From: Chitinophagaceae bacterium
GTDB taxonomy: Bacteria; Bacteroidota; Bacteroidia; Chitinophagales; Chitinophagaceae
Assembly: GCA_014879565.1 (NCBI GenBank)
Contig: JACSRW010000038.1
Span: 1,759-65,758, forward strand
Direction: 5' to 3'
Length of the DNA stretch: 64,000 bases
Shown: one piece after another, positions 39,583-49,157 of the stretch
How the letters are laid out: each line of letters begins with the position of its first letter
How positions within the stretch are numbered: the first letter of the stretch is position 1
Translations under genes and position numbers: made by a program
The notes under the pieces: model-generated
Told to the model about the DNA's origin: nothing
What the model saw: the letters and a program-made list of their open reading frames with translations, nothing else
Database searches by the model: none

Positions 39583-40956
39583 TTAACGAAGTAAAAATTT
39601 AAGCAGCTTCAGTTTGCCTTTCAGCGGCGGATATTTCAGGGCCGGGTCAAACCAGGCGGGGGTACGCATGACGGCTTTATAATGGGTGAAGCAGTCAAAA
39701 CTGTTTTTGCCATGATAAGCCCCCATCCCGCTTTGTCCCACTCCCCCGAAGGGCAGGTGATGGTTGGTAAACTGCAGGGCGGTATTATTTACCGCAGCGG
39801 TACCGAAAGAGAGCGCTTCCAGCCATTCCCTTTCTGTTTTCCGGCTGGCGGTGAACACATAAAAAGCCAGCGGATTGGGATTGCGGCGGATCAGGGCCAG
39901 CGCTTCTTCCCGGTTGTGGAATGTAAAGACCGGGAGCAGGGGACCAAATATCTCTTCCCGCATCAGGGCTGAATCCGGATCGGCTTCTTCCAGAATGGAA
40001 GGGGCGATATAGAGCTGGCTGCGGTCATGTTGTCCGCCGTACACAATTTTTCCCTGGGAGAGATAAGAAATCAGGCGATCAAAGTTTTTCTCATTGATGA
40101 TTTTATTATAGCCATAGGCCTCCGCGGGGTTTTCGCCGTAGAAAGCCAGGATCTGTTCTTTGATCAGTTGCAGTAACCTGTCTTTAACGGTTGCATGCAC
40201 CAGCAGGTAATCGGGTGACACACACATTTGTCCCGCGTTGGAAAACTTACCCAGTACAATCCGCCGGGCAGCCACTTTCAGGTTCGCATCGGCTTCCACT
40301 ACACAGGGGTCTTTACCGCCAAGTTCAAGCGTGAGCGGAGTCAGCTCATCAGCCGCCGCTTTGGCTATGGCCCGTCCCACAGCGGTACTGCCGGTATAAA
40401 AAATATGATCAAAGCGGAAAGCCTTCATGATTGCCGGCACCACCGTAATGCCGTCGCCCTGTACCACCTGCACCAGGCCGGGCGGAAAGGTTTCCGTCAG
40501 TATTTTTTCAATCAGGGCGGCTGTGGCCGGCGCGTGTTCGCTGGGTTTTACCAGTACGGTATTCCCGGCGGCAATCGCGCCCACCAGCGGAATCAGCAAC
40601 AGTTGCAGGGGAAAATTCCAGGGACCAATAATCAATACCACTCCTTTCGGGGAAGGCAACAGGAAACTGGATGAGGGCAGGTTGACCAGGTTTGTACGCC
40701 GGCCCACGGGTTGCATCCAGCCATTGAGGTGACGCAGGGTATGGTTGATTTCCTGCATCAGCAGCCCGTTTTCGGTAAACCAGGCCTCTTCCGGAATTTT
40801 TTTCAGATCGGTGTACAGCGCCTCATAAATTTCCTTTTCGTAACGCCGGAGGGAGGAACGGAAGGCCTTTAACTGTGCTATCCGGAAGGCGGCCGGCCGG
40901 GTGGCGCCGCTGTCAAAAAAATGGCGGAGATCCTGCAGCCGGGTAATATGGGTCAT
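39583..40956 (-). CDS. Aldehyde dehydrogenase (ALDH3-like)
   Basis: IGPWNFP, FYTGS, LELGGK, GQMCVSPDY, EEIFGP and PFGGVG motifs. Confidence 0.95.
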   Translation of the reverse strand: MTHITRLQDLRHFFDSGATRPAAFRIAQLKAFRSSLRRYEKEIYEALYTDLKKIPEEAWFTENGLLMQEINHTLRHLNGWMQPVGRRTNLVNLPSSSFLLPSPKGVVLIIGPWNFPLQLLLIPLVGAIAAGNTVLVKPSEHAPATAALIEKILTETFPPGLVQVVQGDGITVVPAIMKAFRFDHIFYTGSTAVGRAIAKAAADELTPLTLELGGKDPCVVEADANLKVAARRIVLGKFSNAGQMCVSPDYLLVHATVKDRLLQLIKEQILAFYGENPAEAYGYNKIINEKNFDRLISYLSQGKIVYGGQHDRSQLYIAPSILEEADPDSALMREEIFGPLLPVFTFHNREEALALIRRNPNPLAFYVFTASRKTEREWLEALSFGTAAVNNTALQFTNHHLPFGGVGQSGMGAYHGKNSFDCFTHYKAVMRTPAWFDPALKYPPLKGKLKLLKFLLR

Positions 40957-41006
40957 TAAAACTAATTTTATACCAAGATAACCCAAAACAGCACAGGCTG
41001 GTTCTC

Positions 41007-41444
41007 ATGACAGACGAATACTTTATGATGCAGGCCCTGAAGGAAGCACGGCGCGCCTTTGAAGAAGAAGAGATCCCTATCGGGGCGGTAGTGGTAATCG
41101 AAAAGCGGATTATAGCCCGGGGCCATAATATGACCGAAAGGCTGCAGGACCCTACCGCTCATGCGGAAATGATTGCCCTGACATCTGCCTTTAATGCTAT
41201 GGGCAGCAAATACCTGCCCGAAGCTACCCTCTATGTTACGGTAGAGCCTTGCCTGATGTGTGCCGGTGCCCTGTACTGGAGCAAGATCGGCCGGGTGGTA
41301 TATGGCGCGGATGACGAAAAGAATGGCTATAAAAGAACGGCGGGGGATAACCGGGCCCTGCACCCCAAAACGGAACTGGTAAAAGGAGTACTGCAGGATG
41401 AATGTGCGGCGCTGATGAAAGAATTCTTCCGGCAGAAACGCTGA
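41007..41444 (+). CDS. tadA: tRNA adenosine deaminase family protein
   Basis: HAE and EPCLMC motifs. Confidence 0.88.
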   Translation: MTDEYFMMQALKEARRAFEEEEIPIGAVVVIEKRIIARGHNMTERLQDPTAHAEMIALTSAFNAMGSKYLPEATLYVTVEPCLMCAGALYWSKIGRVVYGADDEKNGYKRTAGDNRALHPKTELVKGVLQDECAALMKEFFRQKR

Positions 41445-41556
41445 TCTTTCCGAAAGCGGGAACAAATACGGCCGGACCGGTTCTGTTAAACTTACAGCCC
41501 GTAATTTTGTTGTCTGAACAAAAACATTCTATAACCTCTCACAAAAAAATTTTATT

Positions 41557-42162
41557 ATGGCATTTACCTTAGCACCCCTTCCTTATGCACATGATGCACT
41601 GGAACCGCATATTGACACGCTGACCATGCAGATACACCATGGCAAACACCACCAGGCCTATGTAGACAACCTGAATAAAGCCGTGGCCGGTACTCCCAAT
41701 GAGCACAAGAGCCTGGAAGAACTGGTGGCAGTGGCCGGCAGTATTTCTCCCGCTGTGCGCAATAATGGCGGCGGACACTGGAACCATCATTTTTTCTGGG
41801 AAAGCCTGGCCCCGAATGCAGGTGGCGCTCCTGCCGGCGAACTGGCTGAAGCTATCAATGCGGCTTTTGGCTCCTTTGATGCTTTTAAAGAAAAATTTGC
41901 CACCGCCGGTATGACCCGCTTTGGCAGCGGCTGGGCCTGGCTGATTGTTAAAGACGGTAAACTGGAAGTGAGTTCCACTCCCAACCAGGACAATCCCCTG
42001 ATGGATGTGGCTGAAGTAAAAGGCACCCCGCTGCTGGGTGTGGATGTATGGGAACATGCCTATTATCTGAAGTACCAGAACCGCCGGGCGGATTACCTGG
42101 CTGCTTTCTGGAATGTGATCAGCTGGAATAAAGTGGCTGAACGATACGCGGCTGCTAAGTAG
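41557..42162 (+). CDS. sodA: Fe/Mn superoxide dismutase (Mn-type signature)
   Basis: [15 protein letters not shown] and DVWEHAYY motifs. Confidence 0.95.
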   Translation: MAFTLAPLPYAHDALEPHIDTLTMQIHHGKHHQAYVDNLNKAVAGTPNEHKSLEELVAVAGSISPAVRNNGGGHWNHHFFWESLAPNAGGAPAGELAEAINAAFGSFDAFKEKFATAGMTRFGSGWAWLIVKDGKLEVSSTPNQDNPLMDVAEVKGTPLLGVDVWEHAYYLKYQNRRADYLAAFWNVISWNKVAERYAAAK

Positions 42163-42175
42163 TTTTTGGCGGGAA

Positions 42176-42212
42176 GACAGGAGACGGGAGACAGGAGACG
42201 GAAGTTAGTAGT
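42176..42212. repeat. Heptamer tract GACRGGA
   Basis: GACAGGA GACGGGA GACAGGA GACGGAA GTTAGTAGT. Confidence 0.75.
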
Positions 42213-42279
42213 AGGAAAAGGGATTGGATATTTCCCTGAACAGGTTTCCGGTTTGCTGTTTACCGTCTTCCCGCTTTTT

Positions 42280-42912
42280 TTAAAAATCCTGGCGCAGATT
42301 ATTGAGTTTATTGACGGCTTCAATGCGGTTGTTGACGTGCAGTTTGGTATATATGTTCTTCAGATGCCGGGTTACCGTATGTGCGCTGAGGTTTACCTTC
42401 GCGGCCACTTCCTTTACTACCATCCCGGTGGAAATCAGTTGGAGGATTTCATTCTCCCGGTCCGATAGTTCAGACAACCGCGGCTGCGCCTGTTTTTCCC
42501 GGAAAGCGGAAATCACTTTGCGGGCGATATAGCGGCTCATGGGAGCGCCCCCCTCACAGAGCTCTTGCAGGGAAGCAATGATCTCTGTGGCGAGTGAATC
42601 TTTCAGGATATATCCGCTGGCCCCGTTGCGGAGGGCATTGAATACGGTTTCATTATCATCATAGAATGAACAAACCATACAAAGAATATCCGGCGCGTTT
42701 TTTTTAATCTCGCGGATCAGCTCCACGCCACTCATTCCCGGCAGTTTGATATCCACTATGGCCAGACAGGGCGGATGGGAAAGAATATGCGGATAGGCGG
42801 CTTCCGCGGAAGCATAACTGTGAAGTACCCTGAATTCCTCTGAAGAATTTATAAAACTTACCAGCCCTTCGCGATAGCTGACATCATCTTCTATAACTGA
42901 AACCGTTACCAC
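42280..42912 (-). CDS. NarL/LuxR-family response regulator (no adjacent kinase)
   Basis: IEDD, DIKLP, GYILK receiver; LSDRE.EIL..KNIYTKLHV HTH; GTG start inferred. Confidence 0.92.
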   Translation of the reverse strand: MVTVSVIEDDVSYREGLVSFINSSEEFRVLHSYASAEAAYPHILSHPPCLAIVDIKLPGMSGVELIREIKKNAPDILCMVCSFYDDNETVFNALRNGASGYILKDSLATEIIASLQELCEGGAPMSRYIARKVISAFREKQAQPRLSELSDRENEILQLISTGMVVKEVAAKVNLSAHTVTRHLKNIYTKLHVNNRIEAVNKLNNLRQDF

Positions 42913-42979
42913 TACACTTAGATTGAGGTACAAGATACTGAATAAAAGACGGATGATTACGTATAAACTACTAAAGCTT

Positions 42980-43237
42980 TCAGGGCACGGGATCATACCC
43001 GCTTCCGCCCCAGGGATGACAGCGGCTGATCCGGCGCAGGGATAACCAAAACCCCTTGAAAAGACCGTGTTTTTTCAGCGCTTCGGCCGCATAATGGGAG
43101 CAGGTGGGCGTAAAGCGGCATTTCGGACCCAGCCAGGGAGAGATCACCCACTGATAGATTTTTATCAGGGCGATAAAGGGAAGGCTGAGCAGCCGTCCCA
43201 CCCATTGCAGGATTTCCTTACCCATTGGCGGATTCAT
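42980..43237 (-). CDS. yidD: Membrane protein insertion efficiency factor
   Basis: [10 protein letters not shown] and [14 protein letters not shown] motifs. Confidence 0.95.
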   Translation of the reverse strand: MNPPMGKEILQWVGRLLSLPFIALIKIYQWVISPWLGPKCRFTPTCSHYAAEALKKHGLFKGFWLSLRRISRCHPWGGSGYDPVP

Positions 43238-43613
43238 TTAAAAAGGAAATAATCTGTCCGGTCAGCGGGTAAAGGGTTTCGTAATCCGGCAGTTTTTTAT
43301 CGGTGTACAGCAGGAACACATCCAGCCCCGTCCCCTTGTTCTGCAGTTGCTCCCGCAGGGGATTCTTCTGCAGCCGCCAGCATTCCCGCAGCAATCGTTT
43401 TACCCGGTTCCGGTCGGTGGCATGGGGAAAAAGACGGGAACTAACGGTGACGCCTAACCGTAATCCGGCTGTTTCTGAAGACCGGTACAGTACACGTACC
43501 GGGCCGCGGGTGAGGCGTTTGCCTTCCCGGAACAGGACCTCAATAGCTTTCCGGCTCTTCAGTCTTTCCTTTTGCTTTAATGTAAATCGGCTGCTCACAA
43601 TAAAAAGGGCCAT
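43218..43613 (-). CDS. rnpA: Ribonuclease P protein component
   Basis: ERLKSRK.I..LF and [12 protein letters not shown] motifs; synteny. Confidence 0.92.
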   Translation of the reverse strand: MALFIVSSRFTLKQKERLKSRKAIEVLFREGKRLTRGPVRVLYRSSETAGLRLGVTVSSRLFPHATDRNRVKRLLRECWRLQKNPLREQLQNKGTGLDVFLLYTDKKLPDYETLYPLTGQIISFLNESANG

Positions 43614-43641
43614 ACCAGCGGTACAGCCCTGTAAAATTATT

Positions 43642-43665
43642 AAAACCGGCCCGGAAGGGCGGTTT
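43642..43665 (-). terminator. Hairpin terminator between rpmH and rnpA
   Basis: AAACCG-GCCC-GGAA-GGGC-GGTTT with T run on the minus strand. Confidence 0.6.
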
Positions 43666-43674
43666 GTTCCTGCA

Positions 43675-43830
43675 TTACTTCAGCTTGCGCTCATCAGAAA
43701 CCGTCAGTTTCTTACGGCCTTTGGCACGGCGGCTGGCCAGAACTTTACGGCCATTGGCGGTTTGCATGCGTTTACGGAAACCGTGAACGGTTTTACGGCG
43801 TTTGCGATGAGGCTGGAATGTACGTTTCAT
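43675..43830 (-). CDS. rpmH: 50S ribosomal protein L34 (absent from the ORF track)
   Basis: Hand translation [51 protein letters not shown]. Confidence 0.98.
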   Translation of the reverse strand: MKRTFQPHRKRRKTVHGFRKRMQTANGRKVLASRRAKGRKKLTVSDERKLK

Positions 43831-44033
43831 TTTTATTTCCTTTTTTCACGTTTGCCTTCCTTACAGGTAAAGAAGGGTTTGAAATGCGGACCGGGAGAAC
43901 GGTCCAGGTTTCAGTCCTGCAGCAGGTCACCACACCCACTGTTTTGTGAAAGGAGTGCAAAGGTAAGGGTTGGCAGGGAGAAAAGGAAAAGCAAAGCACA
44001 AAATTCGTCAGTCAGTTTATACCCCGCTGATAA

Positions 44034-44873
44034 TCACTTGCCTGGAATTTCCAGGTCTAGGTGTTCGGATTGTACCGGCCGGCCGAAAAAGAGGGTGGCA
44101 TGGCTGTCAAAATCGGCCGTGGAGTCTGTAGTGAAAAAGCGGTTATGCCCGCCCCGGCTGCAGCGGCTTTCTATCTCCGGGTGGCGCCCCAGGTATTCAG
44201 CCAGGCTATCCGCCACTATCTCGCCCTGGGAAAGCAGTTTGACTCCCACCGGGAGGTACTCTTCAATTTTCTCCCGGAGCAGGGGGTAATGGGTGCAGGC
44301 CAGCAGGATCACATCAATATCCGGCCCCTTTTCAAATACATTCTCCAGGTTCTTACGAATGAAATAATCGGCGCCTTTCCCTTTGTATTCATTGTTCTCC
44401 ACCAGGGGTACCCACATCGGACAGGCCTCCTGTACCACTTTCAGCCCGGGATAAAATTTTTCAATTTCAATGGGATAGGAACCGGAAGCCACCGTGCCAT
44501 TAGTGGCCAGTACCCCCACCATGCCCGTTTCAGAATATTTGCCAATGATTTCGGTGGTGGGTCTGATCACCCCCAGCACCCTTTTATCCGGGGCAATGGC
44601 CGGCAGATCATGTTGCTGAATAGTGCGCAGGGCTTTGGCAGAGGCCGTATTGCAGGCCAGGATCACCAGCGGACAACCCTGGTCAAAAAACCACTTTACA
44701 CATTGCAGGGTGTAATGATAGACGGTTTCAAAAGAGCGGTTACCGTATGGAGATCGGGCGCTGTCGCCCAGGTAGAGATAATCATATTCCGGCAATTTCT
44801 CCACGATGGAACGCAGGACGGTCAGGCCGCCATAGCCGGAATCAAATATGCCGATGGGACCGGTGGTTGACAT
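44034..44873 (-). CDS. murI: Glutamate racemase
   Basis: FDSGYGGL, ACNTAS and ACTHYP motifs. Confidence 0.97.
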   Translation of the reverse strand: MSTTGPIGIFDSGYGGLTVLRSIVEKLPEYDYLYLGDSARSPYGNRSFETVYHYTLQCVKWFFDQGCPLVILACNTASAKALRTIQQHDLPAIAPDKRVLGVIRPTTEIIGKYSETGMVGVLATNGTVASGSYPIEIEKFYPGLKVVQEACPMWVPLVENNEYKGKGADYFIRKNLENVFEKGPDIDVILLACTHYPLLREKIEEYLPVGVKLLSQGEIVADSLAEYLGRHPEIESRCSRGGHNRFFTTDSTADFDSHATLFFGRPVQSEHLDLEIPGK

Positions 44874-44892
44874 GGGTCAAATGTAGGAAGAA

Positions 44893-44972
44893 GTTGAGAG
44901 GTTGAGGAGTTGAGGGGTTGAGGGGTTGAGGGGTTGAGAGGTTGAGAGGTTGAGGGGTTGAGAGGTTGAGCG
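44893..44972. repeat. Ten GTTGAGNN octamers
   Basis: GTTGAGAG/GTTGAGGG units in tandem. Confidence 0.95.
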
Positions 44973-44991
44973 GGAGATTCTTAGAATAGTT

Positions 44992-45075
44992 GCCCACTCC
45001 CTACTCCCCACTCACCACTCCCCACTCACCACTCCCCACTCACCACTCCCTACTGCCCATTGCCTACTGCCTGTT
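44992..45075. repeat. Twelve CCCCACT/CACCACT-type heptamers
   Basis: Read directly from the sequence. Confidence 0.95.
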
Positions 45076-45078
45076 CAC

Positions 45079-45113
45079 AAAAAAAGGGGCTGTATTTTCA
45101 TACAAACCCCTTT
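45079..45113 (-). terminator. Terminator of the skp operon
   Basis: AAAAAAAGGGG.TGTAT-TTTC-ATACA.ACCCCTTT. Confidence 0.75.
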
Positions 45114-45132
45114 CTCATAAAATACTCCGTAA

Positions 45133-45669
45133 TTATTTCGCGCCGGGGGCCGGGTTGGCCGGGGGCAGCTTGAGTTTGAGTTTGGCGGCAACCGCGGCCA
45201 GCATATCATCACCATCGGGCGCAACCAGGAAGGCTTCCTTGCTCATGACATGGGTATAGCCTTTTTCCTTGGCCACGAGTTTGATGGCATCGTAGGCTTT
45301 GCGGTAAAGAGGGGCCAGCAGTTCATTCTGTTTGGCTTCCATGGCCTGATTGGAGATCTGCTGCCAGTTCTGGATCTGGTAGATATAGCCGGGCAGTTTT
45401 TTTGCGATCTCATCGCGTACAGCCTTGGGGGTTTTGGTGGAATCCCGGTAAAGGCTGTCGTCCCACTGGTAGCGCTGCACCAGGGAAGCGTATTCCGGGT
45501 TCAGGGTATCTACCTGGTATTGCTGCAGAATAGAATCAATCTTGTCCACATCCGGGAAGAGACTCACTACATCATCAATCTTGATGTAACCGATTTTTGT
45601 TTGGGCATTGGCGGAACCGGAGAATGCGAGCAGACCCGTGATCGCAATGGCAGTCAGAAGTTTTTTCAT
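45133..45669 (-). CDS. skp: OmpH/Skp chaperone
   Basis: Signal peptide, KIGYI, coiled coil, VAKEKGY motif. Confidence 0.9.
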   Translation of the reverse strand: MKKLLTAIAITGLLAFSGSANAQTKIGYIKIDDVVSLFPDVDKIDSILQQYQVDTLNPEYASLVQRYQWDDSLYRDSTKTPKAVRDEIAKKLPGYIYQIQNWQQISNQAMEAKQNELLAPLYRKAYDAIKLVAKEKGYTHVMSKEAFLVAPDGDDMLAAVAAKLKLKLPPANPAPGAK

Positions 45670-45739
45670 CTCGTTTTTTTGTTTTCTTTATATGATACTC
45701 AAGTGCGGGCGTTTGGTTGCGCCTGCCGCTTCTTTAACA

Positions 45740-46249
45740 TTATTTTACCCCCAGGTCCTTGAGCACATCTTCGCTCTTGTCCAGTTTGGGGTCGGCAAAT
45801 ATAACGGTAATTCCTTCACTTTTATCCAGTACAAAATCATAGCCCCGGCTCACGGCCATTTTCTGTACGGCATTGTATACTTTGTCCTGAACGGGTTTGA
45901 TCAGTTCCTGTCTTTTTTTGAACAGATCCCCTTCAAAACCAAAGCGTTTGCGCTGCAGATCGCGAAGGTCTTTTTCCTTGTTAAAGAGCTGGTCTTCCCT
46001 TTTTTTCCGGAGTTCTTCGGTCAGCATTACCTGTTCGGCCTCGTATTCCTTGTACATCCGGTCCAGTTCGGCTTGTTTGGCATCAATATCTTTCTGCCAG
46101 CCGGCCGCGATATCATCAAGCTGCTTCTGGGCCTCCTTGTATTCAGGCATTTTATCCAGGATATAGCGGGTATCTATGATGGCGTATTTCTGGGCAAATC
46201 CGGCCAGGCCGAAACCCAGCATACAGGCGAGAAGAAGTACCTTTTTCAT
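45740..46249 (-). CDS. skp: OmpH/Skp chaperone
   Basis: KYAIIDT.YIL..MPEY and GYDFVLDK motifs. Confidence 0.93.
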   Translation of the reverse strand: MKKVLLLACMLGFGLAGFAQKYAIIDTRYILDKMPEYKEAQKQLDDIAAGWQKDIDAKQAELDRMYKEYEAEQVMLTEELRKKREDQLFNKEKDLRDLQRKRFGFEGDLFKKRQELIKPVQDKVYNAVQKMAVSRGYDFVLDKSEGITVIFADPKLDKSEDVLKDLGVK

Positions 46250-46275
46250 TTTATGGCATTTGAGGTTAACAACTA

Positions 46276-49017
46276 TTATTCCGGTTCGAAGCCGAGCATA
46301 AAGGTAAAGCGGGAAGCGCCCTTCAGTCCGGATTGTCCGGGCTGGATCCGGTCAAGCCCTATCCCGTAGTCAAACCCGAGCAGCCCAAACATCGGCAGGA
46401 AGAAACGCATCCCCACTCCCATACTGCGGCGCAGGCGGAAAGGGTTATAGTCTTTGTAATTATACCAGCCATTGGCTGCTTCAAAGAAGGTCAGCGCATA
46501 GATGGTACTGCTGGGATTGGTCACCAGCGGGAAACGCATTTCGAGCTGGTATTTATTGAAGATCGTAAAGAACTTGCTCGCGTTCTGCTGGTCAGGGTTA
46601 ATTGTAGGATCAGAATTCTCGTACACCGGGTAACCGCGGTGCGCGATGATATCATAGCCCAGCAGACCGAAGTTATTGGTCAGGCCCGCATCGCCCACCT
46701 GGAATCGTTCGAAGGGCGAAAACTCCAGCTTGTTATTATACCGGCCCATGAACCCATACTTGGCGGCCAGTTTCAGCACAAACTGCCGGTTCTTTTCCGC
46801 GCCAAGGGGTTTACCAATCGGCACATACCACTCGGCATTAAAGCGCCATTTATGGTATTCCGGACGTTTATAGGGATCTGCTGAATTAACGATATCGGGA
46901 TTAAACAGGGAGTACGGCGGTGTAAACTGCACACTGGCCAGTAAGTTGGAACCACTGGTCGGGAAGATCGGGTTGAATACGGAAGAACGTTGCAGACCGA
47001 TCTTGAAGCTCAGGTTATCTGAAACACCCGTGGGACTGGCCCCCTGGAAGATACCGTAGTTACGACGGGCGTAGCGGGTATAGTTCAGGGTATAGACCAG
47101 GGTGAAAAAGTCATCCGGCCATTTGAGCTGTTTACCCAGTGATACCGTTACCCCGGTTGTTTTGAGGTACACCGTATCTGATTTGGCGCGGTCAATCGTT
47201 CCGGTATAGGGATTGTAGGCACTGGAGAATTTACTGTTATTAAAGCCCAGTGTCAGTGAATTTCTTTTCTTGCCGCCCAGCCAGGGTTCAGTGAAGGAAG
47301 CGCTGTAAGAACGGTAGGCCCGTCCGTTTGACTGGATACGCAGACTGAGTTTCTGTCCGTCACCGGTGGGCAGGGGATCCCAGGCCGATTTCTTCCAGAT
47401 ATTACGTACGGAGAAATTATTGAAGGTTACCCCCAGTGTACCGGTCAGACCGATACCCCCTCCCCAACCGGCGGAAAGTTCCAGCTGGTCGGAGGATTTT
47501 TCTTCGAGTTTCCAGTTGATGTCCACGGTACCGTCATCGGGATTGGGTACCACACCGGGATTAATGGTTTCCTGGTTGAAGTACTGAAGGTTGGCCAGTT
47601 CACGCTGGGAACGGATTAAATCGGAACGGCTGAACAGTTCACCGGGCACGGTGCGCAGTTCGCGGCGGATTACATAATCCTTGGTCTTATCGTTACCGGC
47701 GATGGTTACATTCTTGATCCGGGCCTGCGGACCTTCCATAATGCGGATCTCGTAGTCAATGGTATCGTTGTATACGGCTGTCTCAACCGGTTCGGCGCGG
47801 AAGAAGAGGTACCCGTCATCCATATAGAGACCGCTGATATCGCCGCCTTCCTGGGCCGCTTCCTTACCGAGGCGTTTGTTCAGGATGGAAACATTGTAAA
47901 TATCGCCCTTGCTGATACCGAGAATCACGCTGAGCAGGGAGTCGGAATATTTGGCATTGCCTTTCCAGGTGATATTGCCGAAATAATAACGGCGGCCTTC
48001 ATTGATTTTCAGGTCCACGTTCATATTCCCCCCCGGGGTGATATACTGGGTATCGGCCGCGATCTGCGCGTCGCGGTACCCCATGGAGTTGTAATAATCC
48101 AGGATTTTCTCGCGGTCTTCCTCGTATTTTTTACTGTCGAATTTGGCAGAGCTGAAAAGTTTGAAACGGAAGAAGGGATCGAGCAGGGCCTTGGTTTTGC
48201 TCACGGAGAGAAAGCCCCAGTCGCGCATATACTGATTGAAAGAGAAGGGCCTGTTTTCCCCGAAAGGACTGACGGATTTGTCGGGGTAAAAAGTGAAACG
48301 TGACATTTCCTTGGTGCCTTTCATTTGTTTTTTGAGGCGCAGGTCGTCCACATTTTCATTGCCGTAAAAACCGATATCCCCGATCCGCACTTTGCTTCCT
48401 TTGTCCACGTAGATATGGAGGATATTGGAGTTCACATAACTGGTATCGGGCAGTTCCTCGATCCGCACTTTGACATTGCGGAAACCTTTTTCAGCAAAAT
48501 GTTTGGTAATTTTTTCGGAGAGGTCGCGCCGGATATTTTCCGTGATGATGGTTTGTTTGGTGAGGGTTACTTTCCCGAGGATATCCTCTTCTTCGGTTTT
48601 GCGGACCCCGAAGAATTTATAATTGCCCAGGCGGGGCCGTTCGGTCACGGCGATTTCAATCCAGACCTTGTCTTCCACAATACGGGTGACCAGGATCTGT
48701 ACATTGGAAAAAAGTTTTTGTCTCCAGAGGTTGGTGATGGCTTTACCGAACACTTCGGCGCCGGGGTGAATGAACTTGTCGCCGGGCTGGAGGTTGGCAA
48801 TAGAATAAACGATCGAGGTATCGAGATAGCGGATACCGGTGATATTCACTGCGGCGATGGTATATTCTTTGGCAATCCGGGCATTGGTCCACTCGAGCAG
48901 TTTGGGATCCACGGATGTCGGGCTGGTGGTATCGGGTGTTTCCTGTGCCAGCAGGGAGGCGGCGGAAATCAGCGCGCTCAATAAGGTCAGTCCCAGTCTT
49001 CGTATAATTCGTTGCAT
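46276..49017 (-). CDS. bamA: Outer-membrane protein assembly factor BamA
   Basis: POTRA repeats, GNDKTKDYVIRREL and PMFGLLGFDY motifs; uppS-bamA-skp synteny. Confidence 0.96.
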   Translation of the reverse strand: MQRIIRRLGLTLLSALISAASLLAQETPDTTSPTSVDPKLLEWTNARIAKEYTIAAVNITGIRYLDTSIVYSIANLQPGDKFIHPGAEVFGKAITNLWRQKLFSNVQILVTRIVEDKVWIEIAVTERPRLGNYKFFGVRKTEEEDILGKVTLTKQTIITENIRRDLSEKITKHFAEKGFRNVKVRIEELPDTSYVNSNILHIYVDKGSKVRIGDIGFYGNENVDDLRLKKQMKGTKEMSRFTFYPDKSVSPFGENRPFSFNQYMRDWGFLSVSKTKALLDPFFRFKLFSSAKFDSKKYEEDREKILDYYNSMGYRDAQIAADTQYITPGGNMNVDLKINEGRRYYFGNITWKGNAKYSDSLLSVILGISKGDIYNVSILNKRLGKEAAQEGGDISGLYMDDGYLFFRAEPVETAVYNDTIDYEIRIMEGPQARIKNVTIAGNDKTKDYVIRRELRTVPGELFSRSDLIRSQRELANLQYFNQETINPGVVPNPDDGTVDINWKLEEKSSDQLELSAGWGGGIGLTGTLGVTFNNFSVRNIWKKSAWDPLPTGDGQKLSLRIQSNGRAYRSYSASFTEPWLGGKKRNSLTLGFNNSKFSSAYNPYTGTIDRAKSDTVYLKTTGVTVSLGKQLKWPDDFFTLVYTLNYTRYARRNYGIFQGASPTGVSDNLSFKIGLQRSSVFNPIFPTSGSNLLASVQFTPPYSLFNPDIVNSADPYKRPEYHKWRFNAEWYVPIGKPLGAEKNRQFVLKLAAKYGFMGRYNNKLEFSPFERFQVGDAGLTNNFGLLGYDIIAHRGYPVYENSDPTINPDQQNASKFFTIFNKYQLEMRFPLVTNPSSTIYALTFFEAANGWYNYKDYNPFRLRRSMGVGMRFFLPMFGLLGFDYGIGLDRIQPGQSGLKGASRFTFMLGFEPE

Positions 49018-49157
49018 GTGCTTTTGTTCTGGTCGTCTGTTCCCGTGAATACGGGCTAAATTGTTTGTTTTCTGCGATTTATAAAAATACCGCCCAATGA
49101 TCCGGCGGCAAATTAACGGTAAATAATGAAAGTCTTTGTTAAAAGACCCTCCCTGTC

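Noticed and set aside
43303-44289. 328-aa plus-strand ORF
   Set aside because: Lies antisense across rnpA, rpmH and murI; protein looks like noise.
44893-45075. CRISPR array
   Set aside because: Simple 7/8-bp tandem units, not a repeat-spacer structure.
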